A stretch of DNA of 64,000 bases. Origin: a virus. The notes below the pieces were generated by a model. The model saw nothing but the letters and a program-made list of their open reading frames with translations, did no database searches and had not been told where the DNA came from. The position numbers were made by a program, and so were the translations under genes. Positions within the stretch are counted from its first letter, which is position 1, and each line of letters begins with the position of its first letter. Location of the stretch: the IMG/VR virus record IMGVR_UViG_3300045971_000528, positions 42,082 to 106,081 of that record. One strand, 5' to 3'. Shown piece after piece: positions 46,021 to 56,358 of this stretch.

Positions 46021-47033
46021 GTCAGGTAGTCCACGATTTGCTTGACGCGTTGTTCGACTGTGCCACCCACGTAGAGCGGGTGAAGACCACGATGTTTGAG
46101 CATTGTACCATACCAGAGCCAGGCACGGTCACGGAACTCAGGACTCTCCCGCGTTCCGTCCTGCTCGAATGGGATCTCGTTGCCGCACATGATGTAGTGG
46201 CTGTACGGCCGTTCGGAGAGTTCGCGAAGGCGCGGCGAAACGTGGCTGTTGAAGAGCTCCTTGCTGTACCACATCGTGGTCAGTGGAGTCGTGTCGCACA
46301 CCAAGAACCCCTTCGCTTGACGTGCGATCTTCCGTTCCTCGTCAACCTGCACTTCCGCGATCTTCAGCATGTCGTTGTAGCAAAGTTGGTCCGTCCCTCC
46401 GATTCGCTCGGTTAGTGTACGTCCATATTCGGGCACCCAGGCTGTGCCCAGGGCGTCAGCAAGCGCCTTGGCCAGTGTCGTTTTGCCACTGGATTCACCA
46501 CCCAGGATGGCGATTCGGGGCACCAAGCTGGCCTGCACGAATTGGCTGACGTTTGGAATCTGGCCTGGAATACCGCGCCGTGCTTCGGTGCCGCTGATGG
46601 GGAATACCTTGCGTTCCAAATCTACGCAGATGTGATCCACCTGGTGCGACACGAAGAACCGGTCTTGGTAGTAGTCCATCGCGAACTTCGCAAACCCGTC
46701 GCCGTATTCCTCGCTCGTGAAGATGGCGTTGACTACCGCATCACAGCTGTCGATGCAGAAATTCAGGCAGAACTGGCGATGGTAGTCAGCGTCCTCGTGA
46801 TCGAACGGAATGTAGTTCGGCTCGAGCACGTAGATCTCGACATGCTTCAGGTGGCCAAAGGAGGTGTTCAGCCAGAAGCGCCGCTCATCAGCGTGGCAAC
46901 CAGGATGTACGAGGTCGGTGTAGCTGAGCACGATAAGCCGCTCGCATTGGCCAGCCGCCGTGCTGATGAGGTACTCGTGACCAACCGTGAGTGGGCAGAA
47001 CTTGCCGACGACGAGACCGGTTCCGTACATCAT
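46017..47033 (-). CDS. nadR: NadR-type NMN adenylyltransferase / ribosylnicotinamide kinase
   Basis: GKFCPLTVGH, ISGT, GGESSGKTT, EYGR, QDGTR. Confidence 0.92.
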   Translation of the reverse strand: MMYGTGLVVGKFCPLTVGHEYLISTAAGQCERLIVLSYTDLVHPGCHADERRFWLNTSFGHLKHVEIYVLEPNYIPFDHEDADYHRQFCLNFCIDSCDAVVNAIFTSEEYGDGFAKFAMDYYQDRFFVSHQVDHICVDLERKVFPISGTEARRGIPGQIPNVSQFVQASLVPRIAILGGESSGKTTLAKALADALGTAWVPEYGRTLTERIGGTDQLCYNDMLKIAEVQVDEERKIARQAKGFLVCDTTPLTTMWYSKELFNSHVSPRLRELSERPYSHYIMCGNEIPFEQDGTRESPEFRDRAWLWYGTMLKHRGLHPLYVGGTVEQRVKQIVDYLT

Positions 47034-47746
47034 TCCACCTTCATGTTCTGAACGCGCTCGTTCACGATCTTGTTGATCCAGGCTTCGTTCGCCTCAGAGA
47101 GCGGCACCGTCTTCCCATCTTCCTGATCATCGAACAGATCGAGCCAGTGGCGCCATGCAACGATCGCGTTCACCCAGCAGACAGCGTAGAGAGCGGCCGA
47201 CAGGTACAGCTCACGATAGAAGTAGAGCGGCACAGACAGCGTGTTGACGAGCAACCACACTGGCCAGTTCTCGATCTTGCGGCGCATCAGGAGCAGCTGA
47301 CCGACGATGCTGAATGTGAGCACTAAGCTGTCGATACCGGGTGACCATGCATCAGTGAACGTGTTGAGCAAGTAGCTGTAGCCGGCGGCGACGAGGATGG
47401 CAATTCCAGCCATGATCGCAAGGGTCTTCGGTTCAGTCTTCGTGATCGGCAGTTCACCATTGCCATTGCGCTGGTCATCGCCGACAGTCAGGAGACCGCC
47501 AGTGTTCTCGATTGACATTCTGGACTTCTTGACCCATGCCACCCAGCCGATGATGCCGGTAGCGACGAAGAAGATCTGCAACGTGGCGTCAGCGTAGAGC
47601 TTGGCGTCGAAGAACACCTTGCCGTAGAGGACGCAAGCGAGGATGCCGATCCACCACGTGTGGATGTTGTTGCGACCGGCGAGGATGATGCAGGCAGCAG
47701 TCGTGATGACTGCTGCCCATTCGTAGTAGGTGGTACCGAGGAACAT
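47030..47746 (-). CDS. pnuC: nicotinamide riboside transporter
   Basis: multi-TM, LYAD..LQ, KIENW.W; coupled to nadR. Confidence 0.92.
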   Translation of the reverse strand: MFLGTTYYEWAAVITTAACIILAGRNNIHTWWIGILACVLYGKVFFDAKLYADATLQIFFVATGIIGWVAWVKKSRMSIENTGGLLTVGDDQRNGNGELPITKTEPKTLAIMAGIAILVAAGYSYLLNTFTDAWSPGIDSLVLTFSIVGQLLLMRRKIENWPVWLLVNTLSVPLYFYRELYLSAALYAVCWVNAIVAWRHWLDLFDDQEDGKTVPLSEANEAWINKIVNERVQNMKVE

Positions 47747-47756
47747 GGTGCGTCTT

Positions 47757-48107
47757 TCAGATGATTTCAGGATTGAAGTACTTGACGGTGACGTCGTGTA
47801 GACCGGCGTGGTACACTTCGCCCTTGACGCCGACCGAGGTTTCCCAGCCGTCGAACTGAAGAACCCAGACTTCGTCTGAGCGCTCAATCATCACGCGACA
47901 GTGCTGACCCCATTCTTCCCACGTCGCGGCAGTGCTCGGCATGAAGCGAAGCAACTGGTAGTCCTGCACCATCGGCGCCCAAAACGTGATGTCTGGAAAC
48001 CGCATTTGCAGCGCAGCGAATGCACGAAGGAACGACTCGTTCAGGGCGCCATCAGTGACGGTGCCCTTGGTCGGGATCGCGATGAAAACCAGTTTCCGCT
48101 TGCTCAT
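47757..48107 (-). CDS. DUF1937 / nucleoside deoxyribosyltransferase-like protein
   Basis: FIAIP, GWETSVGVKGE. Confidence 0.75.
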   Translation of the reverse strand: MSKRKLVFIAIPTKGTVTDGALNESFLRAFAALQMRFPDITFWAPMVQDYQLLRFMPSTAATWEEWGQHCRVMIERSDEVWVLQFDGWETSVGVKGEVYHAGLHDVTVKYFNPEII

Positions 48108-48108
48108 G

Positions 48109-48360
48109 TCAGACCTCGACGTGTTTGACGATCGTGTGAATCTTTTGCTTCAAGAGCCGCTCTTTGTGCGTCTGTCTGATGCAGTACTTGAGCGTGTCTT
48201 CGGCCTCTTCCAACGTATCGCCAGGACCCACGAACGAATTCGTGCCGATGTAATGGAAGCCGACGTCTTGCCAGAAGAAACCGTAGACCTTCATCTGCGT
48301 TCTGAACACGGTGGTTCCGTCGCCGTGGTCAGTTCGTCGGATGCGAAATTCGTGGCTCAT
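48109..48360 (-). CDS. hypothetical protein
   Basis: coupled ORF. Confidence 0.55.
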   Translation of the reverse strand: MSHEFRIRRTDHGDGTTVFRTQMKVYGFFWQDVGFHYIGTNSFVGPGDTLEEAEDTLKYCIRQTHKERLLKQKIHTIVKHVEV

Positions 48361-48500
48361 GGGTTTCTCGGTTGGCGCGATTCGAACGGGGTGCCTTTGT
48401 CCCAGATGATGTCATCGTCCTGGGGCTTTCGCTCGGGCTGAGCGGGTGGGGACTCGAAGGGCGTACCCTTGTCCCACACCCTCTTGTCGTCCTGTTCCAC
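48357..48500 (-). CDS. 47-aa peptide with duplicated WDKGTPFES motif
   Basis: repeat conserved in amino acids despite synonymous changes. Confidence 0.55.
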   Translation of the reverse strand: MEQDDKRVWDKGTPFESPPAQPERKPQDDDIIWDKGTPFESRQPRNP

Positions 48501-48502
48501 GA

Positions 48503-49084
48503 TCAGAACGAGTAGAACAGCATCGTGACGACGCCTTGCTGGGTCGTGCCGTACTGCCAGATGCGCGAGTACCCGACACGAGCCGTGACCTTCTCGGTCA
48601 GCGTGACGTCCACGCCGAACTGTACCCTGTTCTGGCTCGCGATGCCGTACTTGTTCAGGCCCTTCATGTGCGAAACGCTGACATAGCCATTGGCCGCCTT
48701 GCACAGCGGGAAGCCAGCTTCGACGGAACCGAGGGCGTAGTGGCCGGTGGCCGCGGTACCATCAGGCTGCTCGATGTTGCGCATGTCGCCGAGGGCCAGA
48801 CGTGGAAGCAGCGTGACCTTGCCGAGGGTGATCACCGGCGTGGTGTAGCCGACCTCGAAGCCGTTCAGATTGTCGACGTAGCCAGGGCCGGAAGCACGAA
48901 CGCCTTGGGCGTAGCCGTCGATCGTGCCATACTTGCCACCGTACGAGAGGCCGGTGGCCCAATACGTGGAGCGATCACTCGTGCCGTTGTACCGGTGGTA
49001 ATCGACTTCGGCGATGGCCGTGACTTGGGCGAAAGAGGAAGTGGCCAAAACGGCCAAAGCCAGAGCTGAGAAGATCTTCTTCAT
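48503..49084 (-). CDS. outer-membrane beta-barrel protein
   Basis: signal peptide, amphipathic strands, terminal YxF. Confidence 0.8.
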   Translation of the reverse strand: MKKIFSALALAVLATSSFAQVTAIAEVDYHRYNGTSDRSTYWATGLSYGGKYGTIDGYAQGVRASGPGYVDNLNGFEVGYTTPVITLGKVTLLPRLALGDMRNIEQPDGTAATGHYALGSVEAGFPLCKAANGYVSVSHMKGLNKYGIASQNRVQFGVDVTLTEKVTARVGYSRIWQYGTTQQGVVTMLFYSF

Positions 49085-49147
49085 GGTGTACCTTGTTGAG
49101 ATGAATGATTGTATACCAGGGTGTCCGAAATGTACACCCTGAACTTG

Positions 49148-49459
49148 TTACCGACGTGAGAACTTGAAGTTCGCTTCGTACGTCTCGCAGTACGCAGGTT
49201 TGTCGTACTCGACCTTCCAGCCAGCCTTCTCGTAGAACGGTTCGAAGTCGAGCCAACCACTCGAGTAGATCAGGCTCTTGTGCAAGCCTGGGCTTGCGGC
49301 ACAGATCCGATCACAGATGTCCTTCTGAAGGAGCGTGACATACCCGCTCTTCGTCATCTTCTCGGCGAGCATGTTGTTCACCGTCTCGATGACGACATCG
49401 GGGATGTTCGTGATCTTCAGATCGAGGGCGCCTTGTGGGCTGATAGGTTCAACGGCCAT
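49148..49459 (-). CDS. conserved phage hypothetical protein
   Basis: YEKAGWKVEYDKPAY. Confidence 0.7.
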   Translation of the reverse strand: MAVEPISPQGALDLKITNIPDVVIETVNNMLAEKMTKSGYVTLLQKDICDRICAASPGLHKSLIYSSGWLDFEPFYEKAGWKVEYDKPAYCETYEANFKFSRR

Positions 49460-49469
49460 GATGGTCTCC

Positions 49470-50993
49470 TTAGACAGCCGCAGATTCGCGGACCTGGTCG
49501 ATGTTCACCTTGTTGTACAGGCGGCCAGTGTGCAGCACGAGGCGATGCACGTCTTCCCAACCTTCCGGCACTTTGGCGTTGTCCAGGCGGAACGGCTTTG
49601 TTTCGCGGGTCTTCAGGCTGCGGATGGTGGTCATCACGCCTTCTTTGGACTTCTTGCCTGGATCGGTGATCGGGTCCTTGGCAATGCCTTCCCACTTCTC
49701 CATCATGGCACCACCGTGGGCTCCGACGACCAGCTTCTCGACCAGAATGGCAGAGCCTTTTTGCGCCCACTTCAGCGTATCGCGGTTCACCTTCTGAAGC
49801 AGCGCACCGCCGGAGCCGAACACGACCGACGAAGCGACGAAGCCCATGGCCAGGATGTTGCCGATCAGCGTGAGCATGTTCAGGCGGTCCACGCCGTCAC
49901 CTTGGATGATGCCGACGTTGTTGATGACCTTGTAGCCCTTCTCGTTCACGGTGAAACCGAACGACTCGGCTTGCAGGCGGACCAGCCAAGGCACGATCTC
50001 CATCATGTCGCCACTGTCAGGGCGGAACACGACCTTCGCCTTCGACTCGATGATGTCCTCGCGGAAGCCGCCTTCGGCACGAGGGGCGCACAGGCGCTGA
50101 GCACAGCGCTTCGTGTCCTTGCCGTCGATCACGATCGACAGGATCGAACCTTCCACTGCGTTCGCGAGCATCGCCTTGATGTACTCGCCTTCACCTTCCA
50201 CGTCCAGACCGAACGAGCACTCGACGCTGTGCTCGGTGGCGAACACCGAGAACGCCGACATCGGGCTGTCGTAGTAGAAGTTCATGGCCAGCACACCTTC
50301 GACGGTGTCCGAGCCCATGTAGTTCACCAAGTGCGCAGCACCGCCGACTTCGGCTTGTTCACCGCAGGAGACACCGCGACCGCCGAAGTCGTGCAGCGAG
50401 AACGGCAGGAGTTCCATTGGAGCACCGCTGATCTCGTAGAACCGCTTCATCTCGATCTTGCTGTCACGGTCCAGGGACGCGATCGTCGACGGGTACCAGA
50501 CACCACGGAGGATCACGGTCTCGAACCCGCTGGACATCCAGAACAGGTCTTCGTCGAGCACAGTCACCGAGTACACGGGATCGCCACCGGACAGAACGGT
50601 GCCGTCCGGAGCAGCGCGAACGATCAGCGGAGGGAACCCGCCGTACACGTTCACGACCTTCTCCCACGAAGCGCGGTCGAACAGCGGCCGGCCGAAGTGG
50701 GCGATCGCGAACTGCTCAGCAGCGTCGATGTGGGCCATCGTGATCGGCTTCGAGAAGAACTTCGCGAACAGCATCTGAATGCCGAACACGGTGATCTTGA
50801 TGGCGCTCGGCACACGGGCTTCGCCGTAGCTGGTCATGCCCTTCACGCGCTTCAGCTTCTTGAGCTGCTTGAACATGAAGGGGTGGGTGAACTTGTACGA
50901 GTCGGTACGGCAGATCAGGGAGATCTGGAGTTCATCGAGGGCCGTCCATTGAATGTCGGACGGTTGCGGGGTGAAGATGTTCATCAGAGACAT
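49470..50993 (-). CDS. nadV: nicotinamide phosphoribosyltransferase (NAMPT)
   Basis: TDSYK, HDFG.RG, ATEHS, RPDSG, QGDG, KDPITDPGKKSK. Confidence 0.95.
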   Translation of the reverse strand: MSLMNIFTPQPSDIQWTALDELQISLICRTDSYKFTHPFMFKQLKKLKRVKGMTSYGEARVPSAIKITVFGIQMLFAKFFSKPITMAHIDAAEQFAIAHFGRPLFDRASWEKVVNVYGGFPPLIVRAAPDGTVLSGGDPVYSVTVLDEDLFWMSSGFETVILRGVWYPSTIASLDRDSKIEMKRFYEISGAPMELLPFSLHDFGGRGVSCGEQAEVGGAAHLVNYMGSDTVEGVLAMNFYYDSPMSAFSVFATEHSVECSFGLDVEGEGEYIKAMLANAVEGSILSIVIDGKDTKRCAQRLCAPRAEGGFREDIIESKAKVVFRPDSGDMMEIVPWLVRLQAESFGFTVNEKGYKVINNVGIIQGDGVDRLNMLTLIGNILAMGFVASSVVFGSGGALLQKVNRDTLKWAQKGSAILVEKLVVGAHGGAMMEKWEGIAKDPITDPGKKSKEGVMTTIRSLKTRETKPFRLDNAKVPEGWEDVHRLVLHTGRLYNKVNIDQVRESAAV

Positions 50994-51041
50994 TGCAAGC
51001 TCCTTGCAGTTAAAGCCGAACTCGGTGTTCGGCGGTTGGAA

Positions 51042-52235
51042 TTACTGGTCGATCTGGGCTTCTGCCCAACCGATGATGCGGTCGTGATCCTCGAAGATGA
51101 GATGCGTGTTGGAAGAGACCCACTCGAGACGCTTCCACTCGGCGGCGAATGTCTCGACTGTTTCCTTGCCGTTGGATTCGTAGGCAGGGACGAGTTGTCC
51201 TGACACCTTCGGCAGTGGCTTCGTGTCGTCGAGGCGCATCAGGTACGCTACCGTGATGATGCGCCCGCGCTCCGAGCGGTTGGGGTCGTCGAAGATCTCC
51301 TTGCCGCGGATGGCGCCGTCGAGCATCTTCTTGGTGATCTCTTCAGCGTTCTTGCCCGTCGTCAGGCGAATGCCGGTTTCTTCCAGCGCTTCGCGAACAG
51401 CGGCAGCACGAATGCGCTCATGCTGGTTCACGTAGCCGCCAGGCAGGGCCCAGAGACCGTAGCCCGGCTGGTTGGCCCGCTGGATCATGAGCACGTGACC
51501 CGACTGGATGATGACGGCGTCGGCGGTGTTGAAGGTGACGGGGTGCGGGGAGCCGGCCCACTTCTCCTTGCCTTCCTTGATGAAGGCATTCTGCACCCGC
51601 AGGGCGCCGAGTTCCTCAGGCTGCTTGCGAATGAAGGAGGTGATGAAACCTACCGTGGTTTTGGGCAGCTTCTGTTGCAAGACCGCAAGGTCGGCATCGC
51701 TGAACTGCACACCATTTGTAGTGATCAGAATGTCGCTTTCATAGAGCACACGACGAACACTGGTGGCGCTGAGGTCGGCGTCGGTGCCAGGCTTGTGCTG
51801 CAGCGCAGGGACGAGATCCTTGTTCCAGTGAGGGAAGGCCTCGAGGTACCAGGTGGTGTCATCACGGTCAGAGCCGGTGATGGTCACGTCGGTGAGGATC
51901 TCGTTGCGTGCGAGACAGAACTTGTTCATCGCGTTGTGCACGGTGGCTTGCACTGACTTGATCCACATGTTGTTGGATGCGAAGTCGCGCATGGGCAGCA
52001 CAACGAGATTGCCGATGGTGTCGGTTTGGAGAGACCAGTCGGTCTTCCATGTTTCGATCATGTCTTTCCGTTCCGCGTACGTGAACGGGTTCTTGGGCAT
52101 GCGAGGCTGAAAAGCCGAGCCCACGAGAACGATGACGAGCTTGTATTTCTTGAGTGCCTGTTCCAGCACGTAGGCATGGCCTAGGTGGAAAGGGTTGAAG
52201 CGTCCGATGTAGACGCCGACGTCCGTGTTTGCCAT
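51042..52235 (-). CDS. bifunctional NMN adenylyltransferase / Nudix hydrolase (NadM-Nudix)
   Basis: GRFNPFHLGH, SAT..R, Nudix box GG..E...AAVREALEETG. Confidence 0.93.
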   Translation of the reverse strand: MANTDVGVYIGRFNPFHLGHAYVLEQALKKYKLVIVLVGSAFQPRMPKNPFTYAERKDMIETWKTDWSLQTDTIGNLVVLPMRDFASNNMWIKSVQATVHNAMNKFCLARNEILTDVTITGSDRDDTTWYLEAFPHWNKDLVPALQHKPGTDADLSATSVRRVLYESDILITTNGVQFSDADLAVLQQKLPKTTVGFITSFIRKQPEELGALRVQNAFIKEGKEKWAGSPHPVTFNTADAVIIQSGHVLMIQRANQPGYGLWALPGGYVNQHERIRAAAVREALEETGIRLTTGKNAEEITKKMLDGAIRGKEIFDDPNRSERGRIITVAYLMRLDDTKPLPKVSGQLVPAYESNGKETVETFAAEWKRLEWVSSNTHLIFEDHDRIIGWAEAQIDQ

Positions 52236-52342
52236 GTCGAGCTCCTCGATTAGCGGGTTGTGCAGTGTCGGATCGTTTCCGTCTGCTTGGTATTTATTGC
52301 ATTCTACACCAGTTGCGCACTGGTGTATGGCGTTCGTTCAGG

Positions 52343-52759
52343 TCATTGGTAGACCATGAAGTAGTTCGCCTCGAGGTGCTGTGGCAGGATGCCGCAGGCC
52401 TTGCCTTCGGACTGTTCCTTGCACTGGAGGTATGCACCCTTGACCGCTTCGCCGACCGTCGGGCTCAGGCTCATGCCGATGGCGCCGCCATCTTCCGAGT
52501 GGCTGATGGCAAACCATCCAGCCCGGTCTACGTTCATCACGAGCTTGCATGGTCCCGGGAATTCCTTGGCGTTCTTCGCCTGGAATTCCTTGCAGTTCTT
52601 GAGCGCGCTCTGGGCCGCCTGGGCCGCATCGTCAGCACGCACGGTGAAGAAATACCGGATGTCATTCTTGTTCACCAGGGCGGTGAGGGCAATGCCAGTA
52701 CCGGCAAAAGATGCGGAGGCGGCAAGCGCCAGCGAAACGGCAAGCAAAATCTTCTTCAT
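52343..52759 (-). CDS. secreted Cys-containing protein (DUF4189-like)
   Basis: signal peptide; two A...AL..C...C units. Confidence 0.6.
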   Translation of the reverse strand: MKKILLAVSLALAASASFAGTGIALTALVNKNDIRYFFTVRADDAAQAAQSALKNCKEFQAKNAKEFPGPCKLVMNVDRAGWFAISHSEDGGAIGMSLSPTVGEAVKGAYLQCKEQSEGKACGILPQHLEANYFMVYQ

Positions 52760-52817
52760 GACAAGCTCCTTGGGGATCGCCCCCACTGTGGTTGCCTCAG
52801 GGCCGCTGAGGCGCCGG

Positions 52818-53249
52818 TTATTCGTTGGTTGCGATTTTCAGTTCGATCGCCTTCTTGATCAGCTTCTCTAATGTCTGCTGATTTGGAAACGCGCGATACA
52901 CTGGCGTCTCTCTCGGTTGGACCAGAAATGTCAGGTACGTCTTGATCTTGTTGTCTTCAAACCGCACGATCAAGCGGCTGTATATCGAATCGTCGCAGGC
53001 ATCCTTGACAAGGCGCAGGTCGGCGTATCGCATCATCACCGCCCGATCAAACTGGATGTTGGCTATCCAGCATTCACCGGTAGATTGATCGGCATGCAGG
53101 CCGAGATTGAAGCAAGCGTCCTGCTTCTCTGGCACCACCAACTTCAATGTCGGCCAGCTATGCTCCGCCAACACCTCATCGATGTGGGCAGCTTGGGCTG
53201 TGGCGGTGATTGTGCAGAGAAGCAGAGCGGCGAGTGGCTTCATGATCAT
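52818..53249 (-). CDS. exported hypothetical protein
   Basis: signal peptide. Confidence 0.6.
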   Translation of the reverse strand: MIMKPLAALLLCTITATAQAAHIDEVLAEHSWPTLKLVVPEKQDACFNLGLHADQSTGECWIANIQFDRAVMMRYADLRLVKDACDDSIYSRLIVRFEDNKIKTYLTFLVQPRETPVYRAFPNQQTLEKLIKKAIELKIATNE

Positions 53250-53626
53250 TGTAGGTTGGTTGCTATGATGTCATTATACCATGTTTGCCGCTGAGAAGTA
53301 GTTACGAGGTGTAACGACTCACCTGCCGGCCTGGGCCATCACTGCTGCGGAGAACTCCTCGATGAGCGAGGCGAGCGAGGCGTCGTCGAGATCAGCCAAG
53401 TAGATCTTCGGCAGACCCTGAATGCCGTCTTGTTTGCGGCCCGCAGGCATGTCCAAGTAGACAAATTCGGGCACTTCGAAAGGCTTGATGGGGAGGGAAA
53501 GGGTGGCCATGTCAGGTCCTTAGAAAATGGGGTAGAAGAGATCGCGCATCTGTTGATCGATGCGCCGGCGCCAGCCGATGCGCGGGCCACCACAGAAGCG
53601 GCAGCGAGCGCGGTACATGGCACGGG

Positions 53627-54181
53627 TCATGCTGTGGCCTTCTGCACTGGCACACGGCGAACAGTGGCGCCGCTCGAGGTCTTGATGATCTCGACGCCCG
53701 TGTCAGTCGGCTTCTTGACAGCGGTGCGCTTCACGCCGGCCACGCCCTTGGCGATGGCTTCGCGGGCCTTGACGACGACGTCAGACGTGGATTCGGCAGG
53801 CTTGTTGTTGCCGCGATTGGCCTTGGAACGGATGCCGCTCTTGTTGGTGAGACGGCCACCGACGATCCAGGACAGCTCCATCAGTTCCTTCTTGACCGAG
53901 CGGAAGTTGCTCGAGGCCTTGACGGACTGGGCTTCCAGCACCAATAGCTTCTCGTTGGGCTTGATGAAGTCGGGGTTGACGAAGTTGTAGAGGCGCGGGA
54001 CCTTGAACTCGACGGGCCCGAGTTGATCGGTGTCACTGACGACGATGGCAACGTCGAGCCACTGGGTGTGGTGGTCAGCAGGACGGTGGTCCTTCCAGAA
54101 GCCGTCCTTCATCTGCGGAATCAGCACGGCCGCGAGGAGGTGGGCCTGGACAGCGGAGGAGACGTAAAGGGTTTTGGACAT
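53627..54181 (-). CDS. early hypothetical protein with basic tail
   Basis: promoter at 54216-54245, GGAG RBS. Confidence 0.7.
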   Translation of the reverse strand: MSKTLYVSSAVQAHLLAAVLIPQMKDGFWKDHRPADHHTQWLDVAIVVSDTDQLGPVEFKVPRLYNFVNPDFIKPNEKLLVLEAQSVKASSNFRSVKKELMELSWIVGGRLTNKSGIRSKANRGNNKPAESTSDVVVKAREAIAKGVAGVKRTAVKKPTDTGVEIIKTSSGATVRRVPVQKATA

Positions 54182-54244
54182 GGTGGATAGAACTCCGTTA
54201 GGAAGAGGTTAAGACATTGTATCACGAATCAGCCAGGTTGTACA

Positions 54245-55072
54245 CTACGAAAGTGTAACCTGCGCCTTTTCGCTGGAGAGGTAGGCGTACAGCGGGTTGT
54301 CAGCAAAGTGCTTCAGATCGAACCGAGGCAGGCGACGCCATGACTTCTTGGGCCAGTAGACGAGCTTGTTCCACTTCAGCTCGATGGCCCAGATGACGCG
54401 GTTGGTGTGCACCTTGAAAGCGTCGAAGCCGCTGAGATCTGACAGCTTGAAGAGGCGTTCCTTCGAGATGTCATCTTCGTAGATGTTCGAGTAGTAGAGC
54501 AGTTTGCCGTCCTGCCGCACGAAGCCAGCAAGCGGGCCGTCCCAGTAGTTCGTAGACCAGCAGTGCGTGACTTCGTTCCACATGAACACGGGATAGAAGC
54601 GCTTGTCGAGATCAACGACCTCGGCTACCCAGGTCTCGTACATCAGCGGCGGAACCTGTGTGCGGATGTACTTGATGCTGGGGATGGAGAGCTTCTTGAG
54701 GAAGCGCTCCGGCAGATACCACATGGGATGGTAGTTGCCGGCATCGTCGCTCCAACCGTCCTTCATTGGATCGCAGACCTCGGTATCACCCGTCTCGTCG
54801 TCCTTGATGGTGAGAACACCGTCTTGGTCGATGGAGATGGTGACGAGCGGCACATAGTCGGTGGGCGTCAATACCTCGAACACCATGACAACGTTACCAT
54901 CGACATCGACAAATGTCCGCCACATGTCGCGCAGACGTGCATTCGAACCGTACCCGAACTCGCTCTCGCGAAGATCAGCGAGTGCGTCGATCTGCATCTC
55001 CGTCGCCATCTTCATCATCGCAACCTGGTACGTCAGCTTCCAGGCTTCAGCGAGGCGTTCGAGGTAGTTCAT
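54245..55072 (-). CDS. hypothetical protein
   Basis: 275-aa coupled ORF. Confidence 0.7.
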   Translation of the reverse strand: MNYLERLAEAWKLTYQVAMMKMATEMQIDALADLRESEFGYGSNARLRDMWRTFVDVDGNVVMVFEVLTPTDYVPLVTISIDQDGVLTIKDDETGDTEVCDPMKDGWSDDAGNYHPMWYLPERFLKKLSIPSIKYIRTQVPPLMYETWVAEVVDLDKRFYPVFMWNEVTHCWSTNYWDGPLAGFVRQDGKLLYYSNIYEDDISKERLFKLSDLSGFDAFKVHTNRVIWAIELKWNKLVYWPKKSWRRLPRFDLKHFADNPLYAYLSSEKAQVTLS

Positions 55073-55428
55073 TACCAGCTCACCGTGGTGCTGTCACCTT
55101 CGCGCTGATCGGAGTAAGTCTTGACGGTGAAATTCACCGCCTCGAGTCGCTTCTTGATCAGTTCGCGGTGCTTGAACGGCATGTCAACGCATACGTTGCG
55201 TTCACCTGCATTGGCCGCGGCCCTCACAAGCTCGAGGATGGTTTGCGTTTCCTGCTGGGCAATCTGACCATGAATGTCGAGCGCCTTCTCGGTCAGCTTA
55301 CGTGCATCGTTTGCGGTGAATGGGGTGGATGGTGAGCGTGGCATTTGAGTGGCCTTTGGTAATGGACACAGGTTTCGATCAGGCGGTTCGTACGCTGGGT
55401 ACGGATCCCGTTGTGCGCAGCCGCTCAT
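55072..55428 (-). CDS. hypothetical protein
   Basis: C-terminal part of ORF 55072..55917, GAGG RBS; start approximate. Confidence 0.55.
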   Translation of the reverse strand: MSGCAQRDPYPAYEPPDRNLCPLPKATQMPRSPSTPFTANDARKLTEKALDIHGQIAQQETQTILELVRAAANAGERNVCVDMPFKHRELIKKRLEAVNFTVKTYSDQREGDSTTVSW

Positions 55429-56351
55429 CACTTCCTCTTGGTTTCGCGCTTGATCGCGGCCAGAGCGGCCGGGTGCACGGGCCAGGTGAAGTTGTCGATC
55501 TCGAGCGGATCGACGTTCCGCCACTTCGGGTGACCGGTCGCGCCCATCTTCTCGACGTTCTTCGTGATGCACGAGACCAGATTGCCGATCTCGGCCTGGT
55601 ACTGTTGCTTGAACGCGTACGTCATCATGGCGAACTTCACCTTGTACGTCTGCGTCGTGCCTTGCTGCCACGGGTACACACCACTCGGCACCAGCGTCTT
55701 CGTGTAGTACTTGAAGCCGTCGAGGGCCGGGTGGCTGATCGGGATCAGGCGAATGCCGGTGGCCTTCGCGAGCAAGCCGATCGGAGCACCTTCGACGAAG
55801 AACCCAGCGTCGAGCTGCCCGTTCTGAATCGCCTTCAGGCCATCTTCCTTCTTGGAGACAGCGAACGCTTGCCACTGAATGCCGGTCTTGGCAGCGATCA
55901 CCTTCGTGGTCACCCACGTGCCAGTGCCTTCAGCGCTGACATACACCTTCTTGCCAGCCAGATCGGCGAGCGAACGGATCGGCGAGTTCGCCGGCACGAC
56001 CAGGTGCAGTTCTGCGCTGATCAGCGGGAACACCATCTGAATGCGCTTCATCATGTCCGGGTCGATGCCTTGCTGGTACACCGCGGCATCTTCCTGCGTG
56101 TACCCCATCTGCACGAGCTTGTCGGACGAGATGCGGGCGATGTTGTCCAGCGAACCCTCGCTGTCGACGACGCGAACACCCGGGCAGGTCTTCGCGATGT
56201 CCTCGATCATCAGGTGCGTCGTACTGCCCGGCTGGCCAGCGGCGATGCCGATTGTGGTCTGGGCCATCGACTCGGAAGGAGCACCGAGAACGAAGACCCC
56301 GGCGAAACTGACAGCAACGGCTGTCATGCGAAACTTCATGTGCGGCATCAT
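55428..56351 (-). CDS. TAXI-family solute-binding protein
   Basis: S.GS.DN, Q.D, E.HLVV..NS.I.S..DL.GK, HP.A. Confidence 0.85.
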   Translation of the reverse strand: MMPHMKFRMTAVAVSFAGVFVLGAPSESMAQTTIGIAAGQPGSTTHLMIEDIAKTCPGVRVVDSEGSLDNIARISSDKLVQMGYTQEDAAVYQQGIDPDMMKRIQMVFPLISAELHLVVPANSPIRSLADLAGKKVYVSAEGTGTWVTTKVIAAKTGIQWQAFAVSKKEDGLKAIQNGQLDAGFFVEGAPIGLLAKATGIRLIPISHPALDGFKYYTKTLVPSGVYPWQQGTTQTYKVKFAMMTYAFKQQYQAEIGNLVSCITKNVEKMGATGHPKWRNVDPLEIDNFTWPVHPAALAAIKRETKRK

Positions 56352-56358
56352 GTTCAGC

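Noticed and set aside
49335-51203. 622-aa plus-strand ORF (and similar long plus-strand ORFs at 55320, 59417, 60657 and 61736)
   Set aside because: Antisense shadows of well-supported minus-strand genes with biased codon usage; no recognisable motifs.
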